From NCBI GenBank assembly GCA_049975705.1, contig JBNGCS010000007.1, positions 1 to 64,000 on the forward strand: a stretch of DNA of 64,000 nucleotides. Direction: 5' to 3'. Origin of the DNA: Candidatus Bipolaricaulaceae bacterium (GTDB taxonomy: Bacteria; Bipolaricaulota; Bipolaricaulia; Bipolaricaulales; Bipolaricaulaceae). Positions within the stretch are counted from its first letter, which is position 1; each line of letters begins with the position of its first letter. The translations under genes were made by a program, and so were the position numbers. A model generated the notes under the pieces. It was not told the DNA's origin and did no database searches. It was given only the letters and a program-made list of their open reading frames with translations. Positions 1 through 10,339 of this stretch are shown here, piece by piece.

Positions 1-688
1 GTCCACGGGCACGCTGACAGCACAGTTGTCAAGCACTACACTGTCCACTGAAGCGCGGCAACCCCACAGTTCTGGAAGCGCACGTAGAGCTGGAGCCGCT
101 GGGCTTTGCCTTTGCACCTCCTTCCCTGGCTGTGGATCCCCTTCGTGGGCGCCGTACCTTGGCGGCCGCTCTCCTGTCTGAGCCGCGGGTGGATGGCCGT
201 CAGGGGGGCGATCCTCCTCCGGCCGGAGATGTGAGCTGGAAACGGGAAGGGCCACCCGGTCACGTCCGTCAAGGTGGTGTATGGCCGTCGCCACCCCGTC
301 GGCTGGACTGACTAGGGGGTGAGCTGCCTGGCCAGTACCTGTTCAAACTCTTCGGGTTCACCTGTGGCTTGGTCTCTCGCCTCAGCCTGAGGGAGGACTT
401 CCTGGCTCATATGGAGCTGCGGGTTCATGGGCGCCTCCTGTTTCCGAAGGTGCCTGCAATCATCTGCTCGTTCCCCTGCGCGTCTCTCGCAGTCTTGTAT
501 GGAACCTGAGCAGCGGGGTGGCTGCGTCCGCTCCGTCGCAGTGTGCTGGCGTAGACTGGGTTGGGCTAGAGGTGTAGCCTTGCCTGCACGGGGCGGCAAG
601 TTGAGGGGGACTGGACCCCAGGGCATGTGCGCTTGCGGGATAGCGGGCTGGATCTCGCGGTGCCAGGCAGGCAGTGAAGGAGAGGGGC

Positions 689-1093
689 ATGGCGCTGCGG
701 CAGACGTACCTGAGCATGAAGAAGAGGCTTCCTCCCGATGCAGAAGCGGTGCTGGTCATGCGCGGGCGGGGCAACGACGAACTCGCCCCGTCCAAGGAGC
801 TGCTAGAAGAGTTCACCAAGCTGAAGGGGGAGTACACTCCGGATTCGGGGTACCCATCAGCTGTGCACTACGCGTGGGACAAGAGGGGCTACGAAGCGCG
901 CTTCCTGGCCCAGATCAGGGGAAGTGAGGCGGCAATGAAGCGACTGGCCGAGCTCGCCCAGCGGGCCAAGCGGAAAGACGTGTTCCTGATCTGTTACGAG
1001 GGGGAGGACAAGCCGTGCCACCGCAAGCTTCTCCTGCGGATCGCCGAGGAGGAACTCGGTGCGGAGGTCGACCTTTCCCCGTTCCGGCCGTAG
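689..1093 (+). CDS. DUF488-family protein (N-terminus possibly incomplete)
   Basis: ORF 674..1093; ATG at 689 preceded by AAGGAGAGG; C-terminal LICYEGEDKPCHRKLL resembles the conserved C-H-R motif of DUF488 proteins. Confidence 0.45.
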   Translation: MALRQTYLSMKKRLPPDAEAVLVMRGRGNDELAPSKELLEEFTKLKGEYTPDSGYPSAVHYAWDKRGYEARFLAQIRGSEAAMKRLAELAQRAKRKDVFLICYEGEDKPCHRKLLLRIAEEELGAEVDLSPFRP

Positions 1094-1330
1094 GGAGACG
1101 AGGCAACGCGGCCTAGATAAGGCTGCCGCCTCCGCGCGACTCCAGCGGTAGTCTTGCCATCCAATGGAGGTTTGCCGGCGGGGAACTGGGCGGCGGGATG
1201 GGCGCTTTCCCGGCCCCCGCTGCCCGGTAGAATCATTCAGCGTTGAAGTGCGCCTGTGGTTTCTGCGTCGGTGGCCGGGATGGGATCCGGTGCCCGGACC
1301 CCACTGCCGGCCTGCAGGTAAGGAGGGAAC

Positions 1331-2287
1331 GTGGATAACAAGCAGCAGGCCAGACTGCGCCCTCACCGGGTGGCCATCGTAGGTGTGGGCCGGGTCGGGT
1401 CCACCTATGCCTACTCCCTCCTCTTGCGGGGGGCGGTGGGCGAGATCGTGTTGGTGGACATCGATCGGCAGCGCACCGAGGGCGAGGCGATGGATCTGGG
1501 TCACGCCGCGCCGCTGGCCAACCCAGTTCACATCTGGACCGGAGACTACGACGACTGCCGTGCCGCTGATGTGGTGACGGTGGCCGCTGGTGTGGCTCAA
1601 CGGCCGGGCGAATCGCGCATGGAGTTGCTCCGCCGCAACGCGGCCGTATTCTCGGAGCTCATACCTCAGGTGGCCGGCCAGGGTGTGCTCCTGGTGGCCA
1701 CAAACCCTGTGGACGTCATGGCCCACATCGCCTGGAAGCTCTCCGGCCTGCCCGCCCATCGGGTCATCGGCTCGGGGACGGTGCTGGACACCGCTCGTTT
1801 CCGGCACCTGCTCAGCCGGTCGCTGGGCGTGGATCCGCGCAACGTCCATGCGTACATCATCGGAGAACATGGGGATTCTGAGGTCCCAGCGTGGAGCCGA
1901 ACCACGGTCGCCGGCGTGCCATTGGACGAGTTCTGCACACCCACGGGCTGCCCGTTTCCCCCGGTGGACCGGGAGGGGGTGTTCGCTGGCATCCGCGACG
2001 CCGCTCAGGAGATCATCTCCCGCAAAGGGGCCACCTACTACGCGGTGGCCGCGGCGCTGACCAGGATTACTGACGCCATCCTCCACGACCAGCATTCTGT
2101 TCTCTCCGTCTCCAAGCTCGCGCCGGAGGCGCTGGGACTGGGTTCCGTCTACCTCAGCCTCCCTGCTGTGGTGGGCAGGGAGGGGGCTGAACGGGTCATC
2201 TCCCTGCCCCTGTCAGACGACGAGCAGCGGGCGTTGGAACGCTCGGCTGCCCTCCTGAAGCAGGCGGTGGGAGACCTCGGCTACTGA
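1331..2287 (+). CDS. ldh: L-lactate dehydrogenase
   Basis: GTG start 6 nt after AAGGAGGG; Rossmann motif VAIVGVGRVG; catalytic-loop GEHGDS; overall LDH/MDH family layout. Confidence 0.85.
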   Translation: MDNKQQARLRPHRVAIVGVGRVGSTYAYSLLLRGAVGEIVLVDIDRQRTEGEAMDLGHAAPLANPVHIWTGDYDDCRAADVVTVAAGVAQRPGESRMELLRRNAAVFSELIPQVAGQGVLLVATNPVDVMAHIAWKLSGLPAHRVIGSGTVLDTARFRHLLSRSLGVDPRNVHAYIIGEHGDSEVPAWSRTTVAGVPLDEFCTPTGCPFPPVDREGVFAGIRDAAQEIISRKGATYYAVAAALTRITDAILHDQHSVLSVSKLAPEALGLGSVYLSLPAVVGREGAERVISLPLSDDEQRALERSAALLKQAVGDLGY

Positions 2288-2534
2288 GCCAGCGCGCGGA
2301 GTAAGTAGGGGAGCATCACAGCCAGAGGCGAAGCATTGTCGACTGCGGTTGTGGCTGTGCCCTTGCACCGGCACAGGCCCCTTGCTGCACCGCAGCCCAG
2401 TGCACGAATCAGCCGGTCCGCAGCCGTCGCAGTCCGATCTGGGCAGTCGCGCCTAACCTGGTATCAGGGGATGGACCATACCTCGATGTTGTCGAAAGCC
2501 ACGTGCATCGTGCTGTCCGGCCACGAGAACCCCT

Positions 2535-3092
2535 TCACGCCGATACGGCCCGCTGGATGCGACGCATCAGTCGTCTGGAACACCTGCTGTCCGTTGATGC
2601 TGAACACCAGGTTCGACCCATCGGCGACGACGGCCAGCCGGTTCGTTCCCGGCCCCTGTGGATCGCATCGTCTCCGTCAAATTGGTCAGTGAGGTTGGTC
2701 CACGTGCCCCCGGCGATCTTCCTCAGCCGGAACGTGCCGACCGGGCTGACGTAGAATTCGTAGTAGTTGTCCCAGTCGACGAACCGGAAGATGAGCCCGG
2801 CGGCAGATTTGTTGTCGGCGCCCGAGATGTGCTCCACATCAGCCTTCAGCTCGAAGTCGTCGAATTGGCCAGCATCGCTGCTATTCACTGTCCCGGAGTG
2901 ATCGGGCTGGCATTCAAGGTGGTACTTGCCGCCAGCGATCCACAGGCGGAAGGACGTGTAATCGCCGACCACCCACTTGTTTCCGTCTGCTTGCGAGAAC
3001 CGCTCCTCGTAAAGGAGTTGCGCTCCCGGAGGGCCGAACAGGGAACACCCACTGAGCAGCACCCCACCCAACAAGACAGCCCACAGCATCGC
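2535..3092 (-). CDS. secreted lipoprotein, DUF1080/LamG-like fold; C-terminus looks frame-disrupted
   Basis: Internal start MLWAVLLGGVLLSGC (lipobox LSGC); body resembles 3-keto-disaccharide-hydrolase-like beta-sandwich proteins; last ~50 aa low complexity. Confidence 0.4.
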   Translation of the reverse strand, partial: AMLWAVLLGGVLLSGCSLFGPPGAQLLYEERFSQADGNKWVVGDYTSFRLWIAGGKYHLECQPDHSGTVNSSDAGQFDDFELKADVEHISGADNKSAAGLIFRFVDWDNYYEFYVSPVGTFRLRKIAGGTWTNLTDQFDGDDAIHRGRERTGWPSSPMGRTWCSASTDSRCSRRLMRRIQRAVSA

Positions 3093-3302
3093 CTTGCGCG
3101 CGCCTACCTCCTCCAGAGCCGGTGGCCGCCATCTTACCGCGGCCGAACATCGCTGAGAACCGGGTGGGAACAAGTGGCTGCACTATTTGAGTTGCGGATA
3201 GCCCGGTCTGGGTACAAGAATCGATTGCTTCTAGGGGTTGGGGGAAGGAAGCCCCCCGGGCACCGCTCCCGATCGAGGGTGATATGCACTACACTGGGTT
3301 TC

Positions 3303-5309
3303 GTGGCGGCGAAAGCACTCTCGTGGCTAGCGGAGCTGAATCCCGCCCAGCGGGAGGCGGTGACCCATGGGGAGGGTCCGCTCCTGGTCATCGCCGGCGC
3401 GGGTACTGGTAAGACGCGCACCCTAGCCTACCGGGTGGCGTACCTTATCGCTGGAGGGGTTGCGCCGGAGCGGATCCTTCTGCTGACCTTCACCCGGCGT
3501 GCAGCGGAGGAGATGTTACGGCGTGCCGGGGGGGTGATTCGGCAGACGGCGGCAGTGCGCGAACAAGTGTGGGGGGGGACGTTCCACTCCATCGCCAACC
3601 GTCTCCTACGGGTCCACGCCGGTCGCATAGGGCTGAACCCAGAGTTCACCGTGCTCGATCAGGCCGATGCGGAAGACCTCATGGGCATGGTCCGTCACGA
3701 TCTTGGGCTGGCCTCGCGGGACAGGCGATTTCCCCGCAAGGGGACCTGTCTGGCCGTGTATTCCCGGACCGTGAACGGCACCGAAGGCCTGTCCGCGGTC
3801 CTGGCCCACCACTTCCCCTGGGTCGCGGGGTGGGAAGAGGAGCTTCACACGCTGTTTAGGCGCTATGTCGAGCGCAAGCAGCGGCTGAACGTCCTCGACT
3901 TCGACGACCTCCTCCTGTACTGGCGGGAAATGGTGTCCGACCCCCAGCTTGCCGGGCGGCTTTCCGACCTATTCGACCACATCCTCGTCGACGAATATCA
4001 GGACACGAACCGCTTGCAGGCCCTCATCCTGCAGGGGATGCGCACGGGGAGGGACAACTTGACGGTTGTAGGGGACGACGCCCAGAGCATCTACGCCTTC
4101 CGGGCGGCAACGGTGCGCAACATCCTCGACTTCCCCAGCCAGTTCCCCGGGACCCGCATCGTCACCCTGGAGGAGAATTACCGGTCCACGATGCCGATCC
4201 TCGAGACGGCCAACGCCCTTATCGCCGCCGCCCGGGAGCGGTATACGAAGAGCTTGTGGTCCCGCCGGCGGGCCGGGCTCCGCCCGGCCCTGGTTACCTG
4301 CTGGGATGAGGGGAGTCAAGACGACTTCGTGGTCAGTCAAGTTCTTGCCCTATACGAGGAGGGGATTCCCCTGCGGCGGCAGGCAGTCCTGTTCCGCGCT
4401 GCCCATCACTCTGCCTCTCTGGAGGTGGAGCTGGCCCGGCGGGGGATCGCCTTCCACAAGTACGGGGGACTCCGATTCGTGGAGACCGCGCATATCAAAG
4501 ACGCGCTCGCCTTCCTCCGGGTCGCGGAGAACCCGCGGGACGAGCTGGCCTGGTTCCGGGTGCTGCGCTTGCTGGAAGGTGTCGGGCCCGCCACCGCCTC
4601 CCGGGCGCTCGAGCACGTCTACGCGGCAGGGGGCGATCCCCGCCGCATCGGGCAGTTCCCCGGGCCGCGGGCTGCCCGGGGGGACCTGGCCCGGCTGGGC
4701 GACCTGTTCGGGAGGTTAGTGACAGAACCGCCGCTCCCCGCCCAACTGGAGCTGGTGCGCCGCTTCTACGAGCCGTTCGTGGAGCGGACCTACGACCATC
4801 CCCAGGCCAGGATTCGGGACCTGGAGAGCCTGGAGCAGATTGCGTCCGCCTATCGCTCGCGGCGCAGTTTCCTGGCGGATTTGCAGCTCGATCCGCCGCG
4901 GTCCACGGCCGACCTCGCCGGTCCGCCCCACGAGGACGACGACTGGCTGGTGCTGTCCACCATCCACTCGGCCAAGGGCTGTGAGTGGGATGCGGTGTAC
5001 GTCATCCACGCCGCCGACGGCTTCCTACCTGCGGACCTCTCTGCCGGATCCGCCGAGGATATCGAAGAGGAGCTCCGCTTGACCTACGTGGCCCTCACCC
5101 GGGCCCGGGACCGGCTGTTCGTCACCTGGCCTCTGCGCTACCACTACCGGCGGCGGAGGGCGTCCGACGACCATGGTTACGCACAACTGTGCCGGTTCTT
5201 CACGCATGAGGTGCGAGCCACGATGGACGAAATGTCAGCCGGAGCTGATCCTGAGTTCTGGCCGCCACAGCTGGACGTCCGGGAACGGATGCGGGCGATG
5301 TGGGACTGA
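3303..5309 (+). CDS. uvrD: UvrD/PcrA-family ATP-dependent DNA helicase
   Basis: Walker A AGAGTGKT, motifs TFHS, DEYQDT, VGDDAQSIY, YRS, ALTRAR; start set at GTG giving VAAKALSWLAELNPAQ (about 10 aa before the conserved LNP.Q motif); upstream ORF extension is low-complexity. Confidence 0.8.
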   Translation: MAAKALSWLAELNPAQREAVTHGEGPLLVIAGAGTGKTRTLAYRVAYLIAGGVAPERILLLTFTRRAAEEMLRRAGGVIRQTAAVREQVWGGTFHSIANRLLRVHAGRIGLNPEFTVLDQADAEDLMGMVRHDLGLASRDRRFPRKGTCLAVYSRTVNGTEGLSAVLAHHFPWVAGWEEELHTLFRRYVERKQRLNVLDFDDLLLYWREMVSDPQLAGRLSDLFDHILVDEYQDTNRLQALILQGMRTGRDNLTVVGDDAQSIYAFRAATVRNILDFPSQFPGTRIVTLEENYRSTMPILETANALIAAARERYTKSLWSRRRAGLRPALVTCWDEGSQDDFVVSQVLALYEEGIPLRRQAVLFRAAHHSASLEVELARRGIAFHKYGGLRFVETAHIKDALAFLRVAENPRDELAWFRVLRLLEGVGPATASRALEHVYAAGGDPRRIGQFPGPRAARGDLARLGDLFGRLVTEPPLPAQLELVRRFYEPFVERTYDHPQARIRDLESLEQIASAYRSRRSFLADLQLDPPRSTADLAGPPHEDDDWLVLSTIHSAKGCEWDAVYVIHAADGFLPADLSAGSAEDIEEELRLTYVALTRARDRLFVTWPLRYHYRRRRASDDHGYAQLCRFFTHEVRATMDEMSAGADPEFWPPQLDVRERMRAMWD

Positions 5310-5350
5310 CTTCTCGGCGTTGCCCTGCCCGTGAGGCTGGACCCGTCCCC

Positions 5351-6226
5351 TCACTTCTCGGGAGGCGCGACTGTGGCCACCTCCCACAGGAGGATCGTCT
5401 TGTCGCTTGAGCCAGAGGCGAGGATCTTCCCGTCCGGGCTGAACGCCACCGACTGCACATCCTTGCTGTGACCGACCAGGCTGCAAACGCCCGTTCTGCC
5501 TGCTACGTCCCAGAGGATGATCCGCCGGTCGGCGGACCCCGAGGCCAACAGTTCCCCGTCTGGCCGGAAGGCCACCGTCGTGACGCTCCATGTATGCCCG
5601 CTCAAGGTGTGCACCAGGCGGCCAGTGGAAACGTCCCATAGCTTCACGGATCCGTCGTTGGAACCCGAGGCCAGCAGGGAGCCACGGCCGTCGAAGGCCA
5701 CGCTGCGCACCTGGCCGGTGTGGCCGGTGAGCACGCGTACCACCTGGCCGGTGGCCACATTCCAGATCCAAATCGTGTGGTCATCACAGCCCGCCGCGAC
5801 CAGTCTGCCGTCCGGGCTGAACGCCACCGAGCGGACTGCGCCGCTGGGACCGGGCAGAGCTCGCCTCTGCCCACCCGTGGCCGGCCACAGTTCAACCGTC
5901 CCTTGAGCCGTGGCCAGCGCAAGCAGATCTCCGTTTGCGCTGACCGCCAGGGCCATGACCGCGCCGCCGCTGACGATCCGCTGCCGCTCCCGGCCGGATG
6001 CCACCTCCCACAGTCGCACCGTCTTGTCCTCGGATCCGGAGTACAGGATCGCCCCGTCGGGGCTGAATGCCACCGACCACACAGTGCCCGTGTGTCCCTC
6101 CAGGGCTCGATGGGGGAGTTCCGCCACCTCGGGCGGCTCCACCCGCTGTCCGAAGCCGACCAGGCCCAGTCCCACGGCGAACGCGGCCGCCCACCACCCA
6201 AACCTCCTCCCGCTGTCATTGCTCAT
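5351..6226 (-). CDS. WD40-repeat beta-propeller protein with N-terminal signal/TM segment
   Basis: Seven tandem repeats ending WD/WN (SGSEDKTVRLWEV, SGSNDGSVKLWDV etc.); ATG at 6226 preceded by GGAGGTG; hydrophobic N-terminus WWAAAFAVGLGLVGF. Confidence 0.75.
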   Translation of the reverse strand: MSNDSGRRFGWWAAAFAVGLGLVGFGQRVEPPEVAELPHRALEGHTGTVWSVAFSPDGAILYSGSEDKTVRLWEVASGRERQRIVSGGAVMALAVSANGDLLALATAQGTVELWPATGGQRRALPGPSGAVRSVAFSPDGRLVAAGCDDHTIWIWNVATGQVVRVLTGHTGQVRSVAFDGRGSLLASGSNDGSVKLWDVSTGRLVHTLSGHTWSVTTVAFRPDGELLASGSADRRIILWDVAGRTGVCSLVGHSKDVQSVAFSPDGKILASGSSDKTILLWEVATVAPPEK

Positions 6227-6381
6227 CGCCGCCCACCTCCAGGCCACATTCTGTACTCCATTCCACTCGGCCTGGGCAACTGCGTAGGTCTTTGCGGCAG
6301 AAACTAATCCTCCCCGCCGGGCGACTGGACCTGCCGGCGCCAGGGTCCCAGGCAGCCGTCCCCCCCCGCCGGCCAGGGTGC

Positions 6382-7554
6382 CTACAGGGTCAACCTAGCC
6401 AGCTGCTTTAGGACGCGGGCCCGGATGTCCTCTGGCGGGGGAAGGGATCCGACCAGACGCCCGGCATCGATGAGGGGCACCAGCAGGGGCGGCATCTCCT
6501 CCCCACACTGGGGGCAGGCGGGTGCGGGCTGCCCCACGAGCTGAACCCGCCCAGTCTGGCACTGCAGGCAGCGGAAGACCTGTTTGGCCCCCCCGCGCTT
6601 TCCCCGCTTGGCGAAGGGTTTTCCATCCACTTCCACGATGTCTAGGGCGAAGTTGATCACCGGAGCGGAGGCGATGGACGTGCCCACCCCGTAGCCAACC
6701 ACCAGGTCGCGGGTGCGCAGGATCTCCTGTTCGTCGACTCCCCCGGAGAGGAACAGCCCCACGTCGGAGCGGCCCCGCGCGTCCAGCTCCCATCGGACTT
6801 CCGCCAGGATCTCTCGCATATCGCCTCGGCGGGACGAAGGGGTGTCCAGGCGGACGGCGGCCAGGGCCTGCCCCAGGGACTCAGCCGCGCGCACCGCCTC
6901 GGTCTTCTCGTCGTACAAGGTGTCCACCAGGCACACCCGCGGTACGTCAGCGGGGACGTATCGGTGGAAGAGCTGGAACGCGACCGGTGGGTCCCCCACG
7001 GTGAGGATCAGAGCGTGGGGCATGGTGCCCACAGGCTCCAGCCCCAGCAGACGAGCGGATAGGACCACGGCCACCCCGTCACAGCCGCCCACGTAGGCGC
7101 TGCGATCGATCATCGGGGCCAGGCCGGGGTGCATGCGGCGGGCGCCAAAGGAGATCAGCTGCCGGTCGCCGGCGGCCAGGCGACAGCGGGCGGCCTTGGT
7201 GGCCACCCCTGAAGCCTGGCAGAGGAGGCCGAGCATGGCCGTCTCGTACTCGGCGAACGCGGTGTACTCCCCTTCCAGGCGGACCACGGGCTCCCCCAGC
7301 CGGAAGACGGTCCCCTCGGGCATGGCGTGGACCCGGCAGTCCGCCCCGGCCATCAGGTTGGCCAGCTCGTCTACGCCGGCCAGCACTGCCCACCGGTAGT
7401 CGTCCGGGAAGGAGCTGGCGGTCACCTCGGCCACCACCTGCCTGCGGATCCCCGCTGCCTTCAGTATCTCTACCGAGCGGGGGAAGTAGACGTCCACCAC
7501 CTGGAGGTCCTTGATCTCCTCGGGCGTGGCCATGTGGAATTCGCGTTTCATCAT
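6382..7554 (-). CDS. pncB: nicotinate phosphoribosyltransferase (archaeal/Thermus type) with C-terminal Zn-ribbon
   Basis: NAPRTase family similarity across 390 aa; CxxC...CxxC near C-terminus. Confidence 0.75.
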   Translation of the reverse strand: MMKREFHMATPEEIKDLQVVDVYFPRSVEILKAAGIRRQVVAEVTASSFPDDYRWAVLAGVDELANLMAGADCRVHAMPEGTVFRLGEPVVRLEGEYTAFAEYETAMLGLLCQASGVATKAARCRLAAGDRQLISFGARRMHPGLAPMIDRSAYVGGCDGVAVVLSARLLGLEPVGTMPHALILTVGDPPVAFQLFHRYVPADVPRVCLVDTLYDEKTEAVRAAESLGQALAAVRLDTPSSRRGDMREILAEVRWELDARGRSDVGLFLSGGVDEQEILRTRDLVVGYGVGTSIASAPVINFALDIVEVDGKPFAKRGKRGGAKQVFRCLQCQTGRVQLVGQPAPACPQCGEEMPPLLVPLIDAGRLVGSLPPPEDIRARVLKQLARLTL

Positions 7555-7590
7555 CCCTCCTTGGGCCTGGCGGCCGCCGGCCCGCGTCGG

Positions 7591-8130
7591 CTACACCACT
7601 TCCGCTCCCACCAGCCGCTGGATGTGCCGCAGGGCCCAGCTGTGGTCATCCTCTGACAGCCCGATGACCAGCCCTTGGGGCACCACCACTTGATAGCCGA
7701 GCTGGCCGGCGGTGAGCCCGGTGAGGAGCACGCACACTTCGGTGACCAGCCCGGTGAGGATCACCCGCGCCACGTTGTGTTGGCTCAGCTTCTGGTCTAG
7801 GTCCGTCTCCAAGAAGGCGTCGTAGTGCTGCTTGGCCACCAGCAGGTCGGCCGGCTCGGGCTGCAGCTGCTCGACGACTTCGCTGCCGGGGGTATCTCGG
7901 ACGGCATGGGCTGGCCAGTGGGCGAACTCAGGGTCGTCGGGGGCGTGCCGGTCGCACGCGTACACCACCGTGGCCCCGCTGGCCCGGGCTCGCTCCAGAA
8001 ACGCGGCGATCCGGGCGGCCAGTTCCGTCGCCCCCGGAACTGCCAACGGCGCACTGGGGAGGACGAAGTCGTTCAGCATGTCCAGCACCAGCACACCAGT
8101 CCGGTCGTCCAGGTACCTGTCGCTGTTCAC
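7591..8130 (-). CDS. pncA: isochorismatase-family hydrolase, probable nicotinamidase
   Basis: VLVLDMLNDF and ...VCVLLT motifs of cysteine-hydrolase/isochorismatase family; immediately upstream of pncB on same strand. Confidence 0.7.
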   Translation of the reverse strand: MNSDRYLDDRTGVLVLDMLNDFVLPSAPLAVPGATELAARIAAFLERARASGATVVYACDRHAPDDPEFAHWPAHAVRDTPGSEVVEQLQPEPADLLVAKQHYDAFLETDLDQKLSQHNVARVILTGLVTEVCVLLTGLTAGQLGYQVVVPQGLVIGLSEDDHSWALRHIQRLVGAEVV

Positions 8131-8244
8131 CTTGCATCACCGCCTCGCACCATGTGCACTGATCCTGGCCCAATCGCAGGCGGCGATCAAGCGGTGGAAA
8201 CCGGGGCCGGGGCGGCGGTGTACATTGGGCTGGAGGTGAGAGCC

Positions 8245-10329
8245 GTGCGGGCAGCAATGGTCGGGGTGTTCGGGTTGGTCTGTTCCTTGCTGGCGGCGGG
8301 AACAGCTTGGGCGGACGGCATCGTCATTCCCCAGACTCCTGGGGAATGGCTCACCATCGCCTACCACCACGTGCGGGTGGTAGCGGAGGATGGGTTGGTG
8401 ACTACGCACGTGGAACAAGCATTCCGCAACGACACGGAGGTCCCGCTGGGGGGAGACTACGTGTTCCCCTTGCCGCCTGGCGCCGTCGTCCACGATTTCG
8501 TCCTGTGGGTAGACGGCCGCCCGGTGGAGGGGAAGATTCTCCCCGCTGACCAGGCGCGTGAGATCTACCTGGCCTACCTGCGCCAGAACCGGGACCCGGC
8601 CCTGCTCGAGTACGTCGGGCGCGATGCTTTTCAGGCCCGCATCTTCCCCATCGCCCCCGGTCGAGTCTGCCGAGTCGAACTGGAGTACGTGGAGCTGGTG
8701 CCAGCGGAGCTGGGGCTCTACCGCTACCGCTATCCCCTGAACACCGAACGCTTCTCCGCCCGCCCCCTGGAAGAGGTGCGCATCGAAGTGAGCCTGCGGA
8801 CCAGCCGGCCGCTGGGCAGCGTGTTCTCCCCTTCCCACCCCCTGAGCCTGGACCGGCCGGATCCTCGGTCTGCGCGCGGCCTGTACGTGGCCAGGGAGGT
8901 GCTTCCAACTGACGATTTCCTCCTGTACTACGCCAGCACAGCCGACGCAGTGGGGACTGACCTCGTCGCCTATCGTTCAGGCCCTGAGGATGGGTGGTTC
9001 CTGTTGATGCTGTCCCCAACCGTGAGTGGGGCGCCGGCCCGACTTCCCAAGGACCTCATCCTAGTGGTGGACCGCTCCGGGTCCATGGCGGGGGAGAAGA
9101 TCGCCCAGGCCAAGGAGGCGACGAAGTTTATCTTGCAGAACCTGGCCCCGGAAGACCGGTTCGGCCTCATCGCGTTCAACGAGGAGGTCGAGCCGCTGAC
9201 TGAGGGGCTGGCCCGGGCTACTGTCGACCGAGTGGCCGCCGCCGTGGGCGCGGTGGCGGCCGTCTCCGCCGACGGATGGACGAACATCCACGCGGCACTG
9301 ACCACCGCCATGTCCTGGCTGTCTCCGGCAGATCGTCCTCAGTACGTGGTCTTCTTGACTGACGGACTCCCCACGGCCGGAGAGACGGAGACCGGGGCGA
9401 TTGTGGGCGATGTGACCGCGGCCAACTCAGCTGGGGCGAGGTTGTTCGCCTTCGGAGTCGGCTATGACGTCGACACGCACCTGCTCGACCTGTTGGCCGA
9501 ACGCAGCCGCGGCTCCAGCACCTACGTGCTACCGGGGGAGGACCTGGAGTACACGCTGGCCTCGTTCTACGAGCGGATTGCCGAGCCCGCCCTCTCCGAG
9601 CTGACCTTGGAGGTGCAGGGGGTGGACGTGTGGGATATGTACCCGCAGACCCTTCCCGACCTGTTCTACGGATCACAGATGGTCCTCGTGGGCCGCTACC
9701 ATGGCGTGGGGCCGGCCACTGTGACCCTGACCGGGCAGCGAGGGGGCGGGAAAGAGGTGTTCTCCTACAACTACGTGTTTCCCGAGCAGGCCGCTGAGGC
9801 CGACTTCCTTCCCCGCCTATGGGCAGCCCGGAAGATCGGTCATCTGCTGAACCGGGTCCGGCTCCAGGGGGAGTCCGAGGAGTTGGTCGCCCAGATCGTT
9901 GAGCTGGGCACCCGTTATGGGGTCGCCACCCCCTACACCTCCTTCTTGGTGGAGGAGGAGCAGCGATGGGCGATGCCCGCGGCCCCCACCGGCCAGTCCG
10001 CGGTCAAAGCGGCCCTGGCCACCCAGGCCCTGGCCGCCGCCGACGTGGTCCAAGAGTCTGCTGACGTGCGCACGGTGGCCGGCCGGGTGTTCGTCCTCCG
10101 GGCGGACGCGTGGATGGAGACCAGTTACCAGGAGGGGGACCCTGTCCTGGAAGTGGAGTATCTCAGCCCTGCCTACCTGCGGTTGCTGGAGATCGATCGG
10201 CAGGTGGCGCCCATCCTCGCGTTGGGGGAGGAGGTCCTGTTTCGCATGGGCGAGACCTATGTCCGCGTGGGCCCTAGCGGGCTAACCGAGCTGCCACCCG
10301 ACGTGGAGGCGCGCCTTAGCAGCCACTAG
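8245..10329 (+). CDS. secreted VIT (vault/inter-alpha-trypsin) + von Willebrand factor A domain protein
   Basis: GTG start 5 nt after GGAGGTGA; signal peptide MVGVFGLVCSLLAAGTAWA; vWA MIDAS motif LILVVDRSGSM; 5' part of track ORF 7825.. is shadow of pncA region. Confidence 0.75.
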   Translation: MRAAMVGVFGLVCSLLAAGTAWADGIVIPQTPGEWLTIAYHHVRVVAEDGLVTTHVEQAFRNDTEVPLGGDYVFPLPPGAVVHDFVLWVDGRPVEGKILPADQAREIYLAYLRQNRDPALLEYVGRDAFQARIFPIAPGRVCRVELEYVELVPAELGLYRYRYPLNTERFSARPLEEVRIEVSLRTSRPLGSVFSPSHPLSLDRPDPRSARGLYVAREVLPTDDFLLYYASTADAVGTDLVAYRSGPEDGWFLLMLSPTVSGAPARLPKDLILVVDRSGSMAGEKIAQAKEATKFILQNLAPEDRFGLIAFNEEVEPLTEGLARATVDRVAAAVGAVAAVSADGWTNIHAALTTAMSWLSPADRPQYVVFLTDGLPTAGETETGAIVGDVTAANSAGARLFAFGVGYDVDTHLLDLLAERSRGSSTYVLPGEDLEYTLASFYERIAEPALSELTLEVQGVDVWDMYPQTLPDLFYGSQMVLVGRYHGVGPATVTLTGQRGGGKEVFSYNYVFPEQAAEADFLPRLWAARKIGHLLNRVRLQGESEELVAQIVELGTRYGVATPYTSFLVEEEQRWAMPAAPTGQSAVKAALATQALAAADVVQESADVRTVAGRVFVLRADAWMETSYQEGDPVLEVEYLSPAYLRLLEIDRQVAPILALGEEVLFRMGETYVRVGPSGLTELPPDVEARLSSH

Positions 10330-10339
10330 GGAGGCCGGA

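Noticed and set aside
36-626. Small ORFs at the window start (36..272, 312..626 minus; 427..927 plus)
   Set aside because: No motifs, overlapping each other, biased composition; cannot be supported from sequence alone.
857-2095. 412-aa minus-strand ORF antisense to ldh
   Set aside because: Low-complexity R/P/G-rich translation with no motifs; typical high-GC shadow ORF. The same judgment applies to 8137..8838, 8402..9019, 19320..19728-type and 21353..22294 ORFs opposite confirmed genes.
2658-3302. 5' 215 codons of the helicase track ORF
   Set aside because: Sequence before the GTG at 3303 is antisense to the lipoprotein gene and lacks helicase motifs; the start was moved to just before the conserved LNP.Q motif.
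7825-8244. 5' extension of the vWA ORF
   Set aside because: Overlaps pncA on the opposite strand; the real start (GTG 8245) has GGAGGTGA and a signal peptide.
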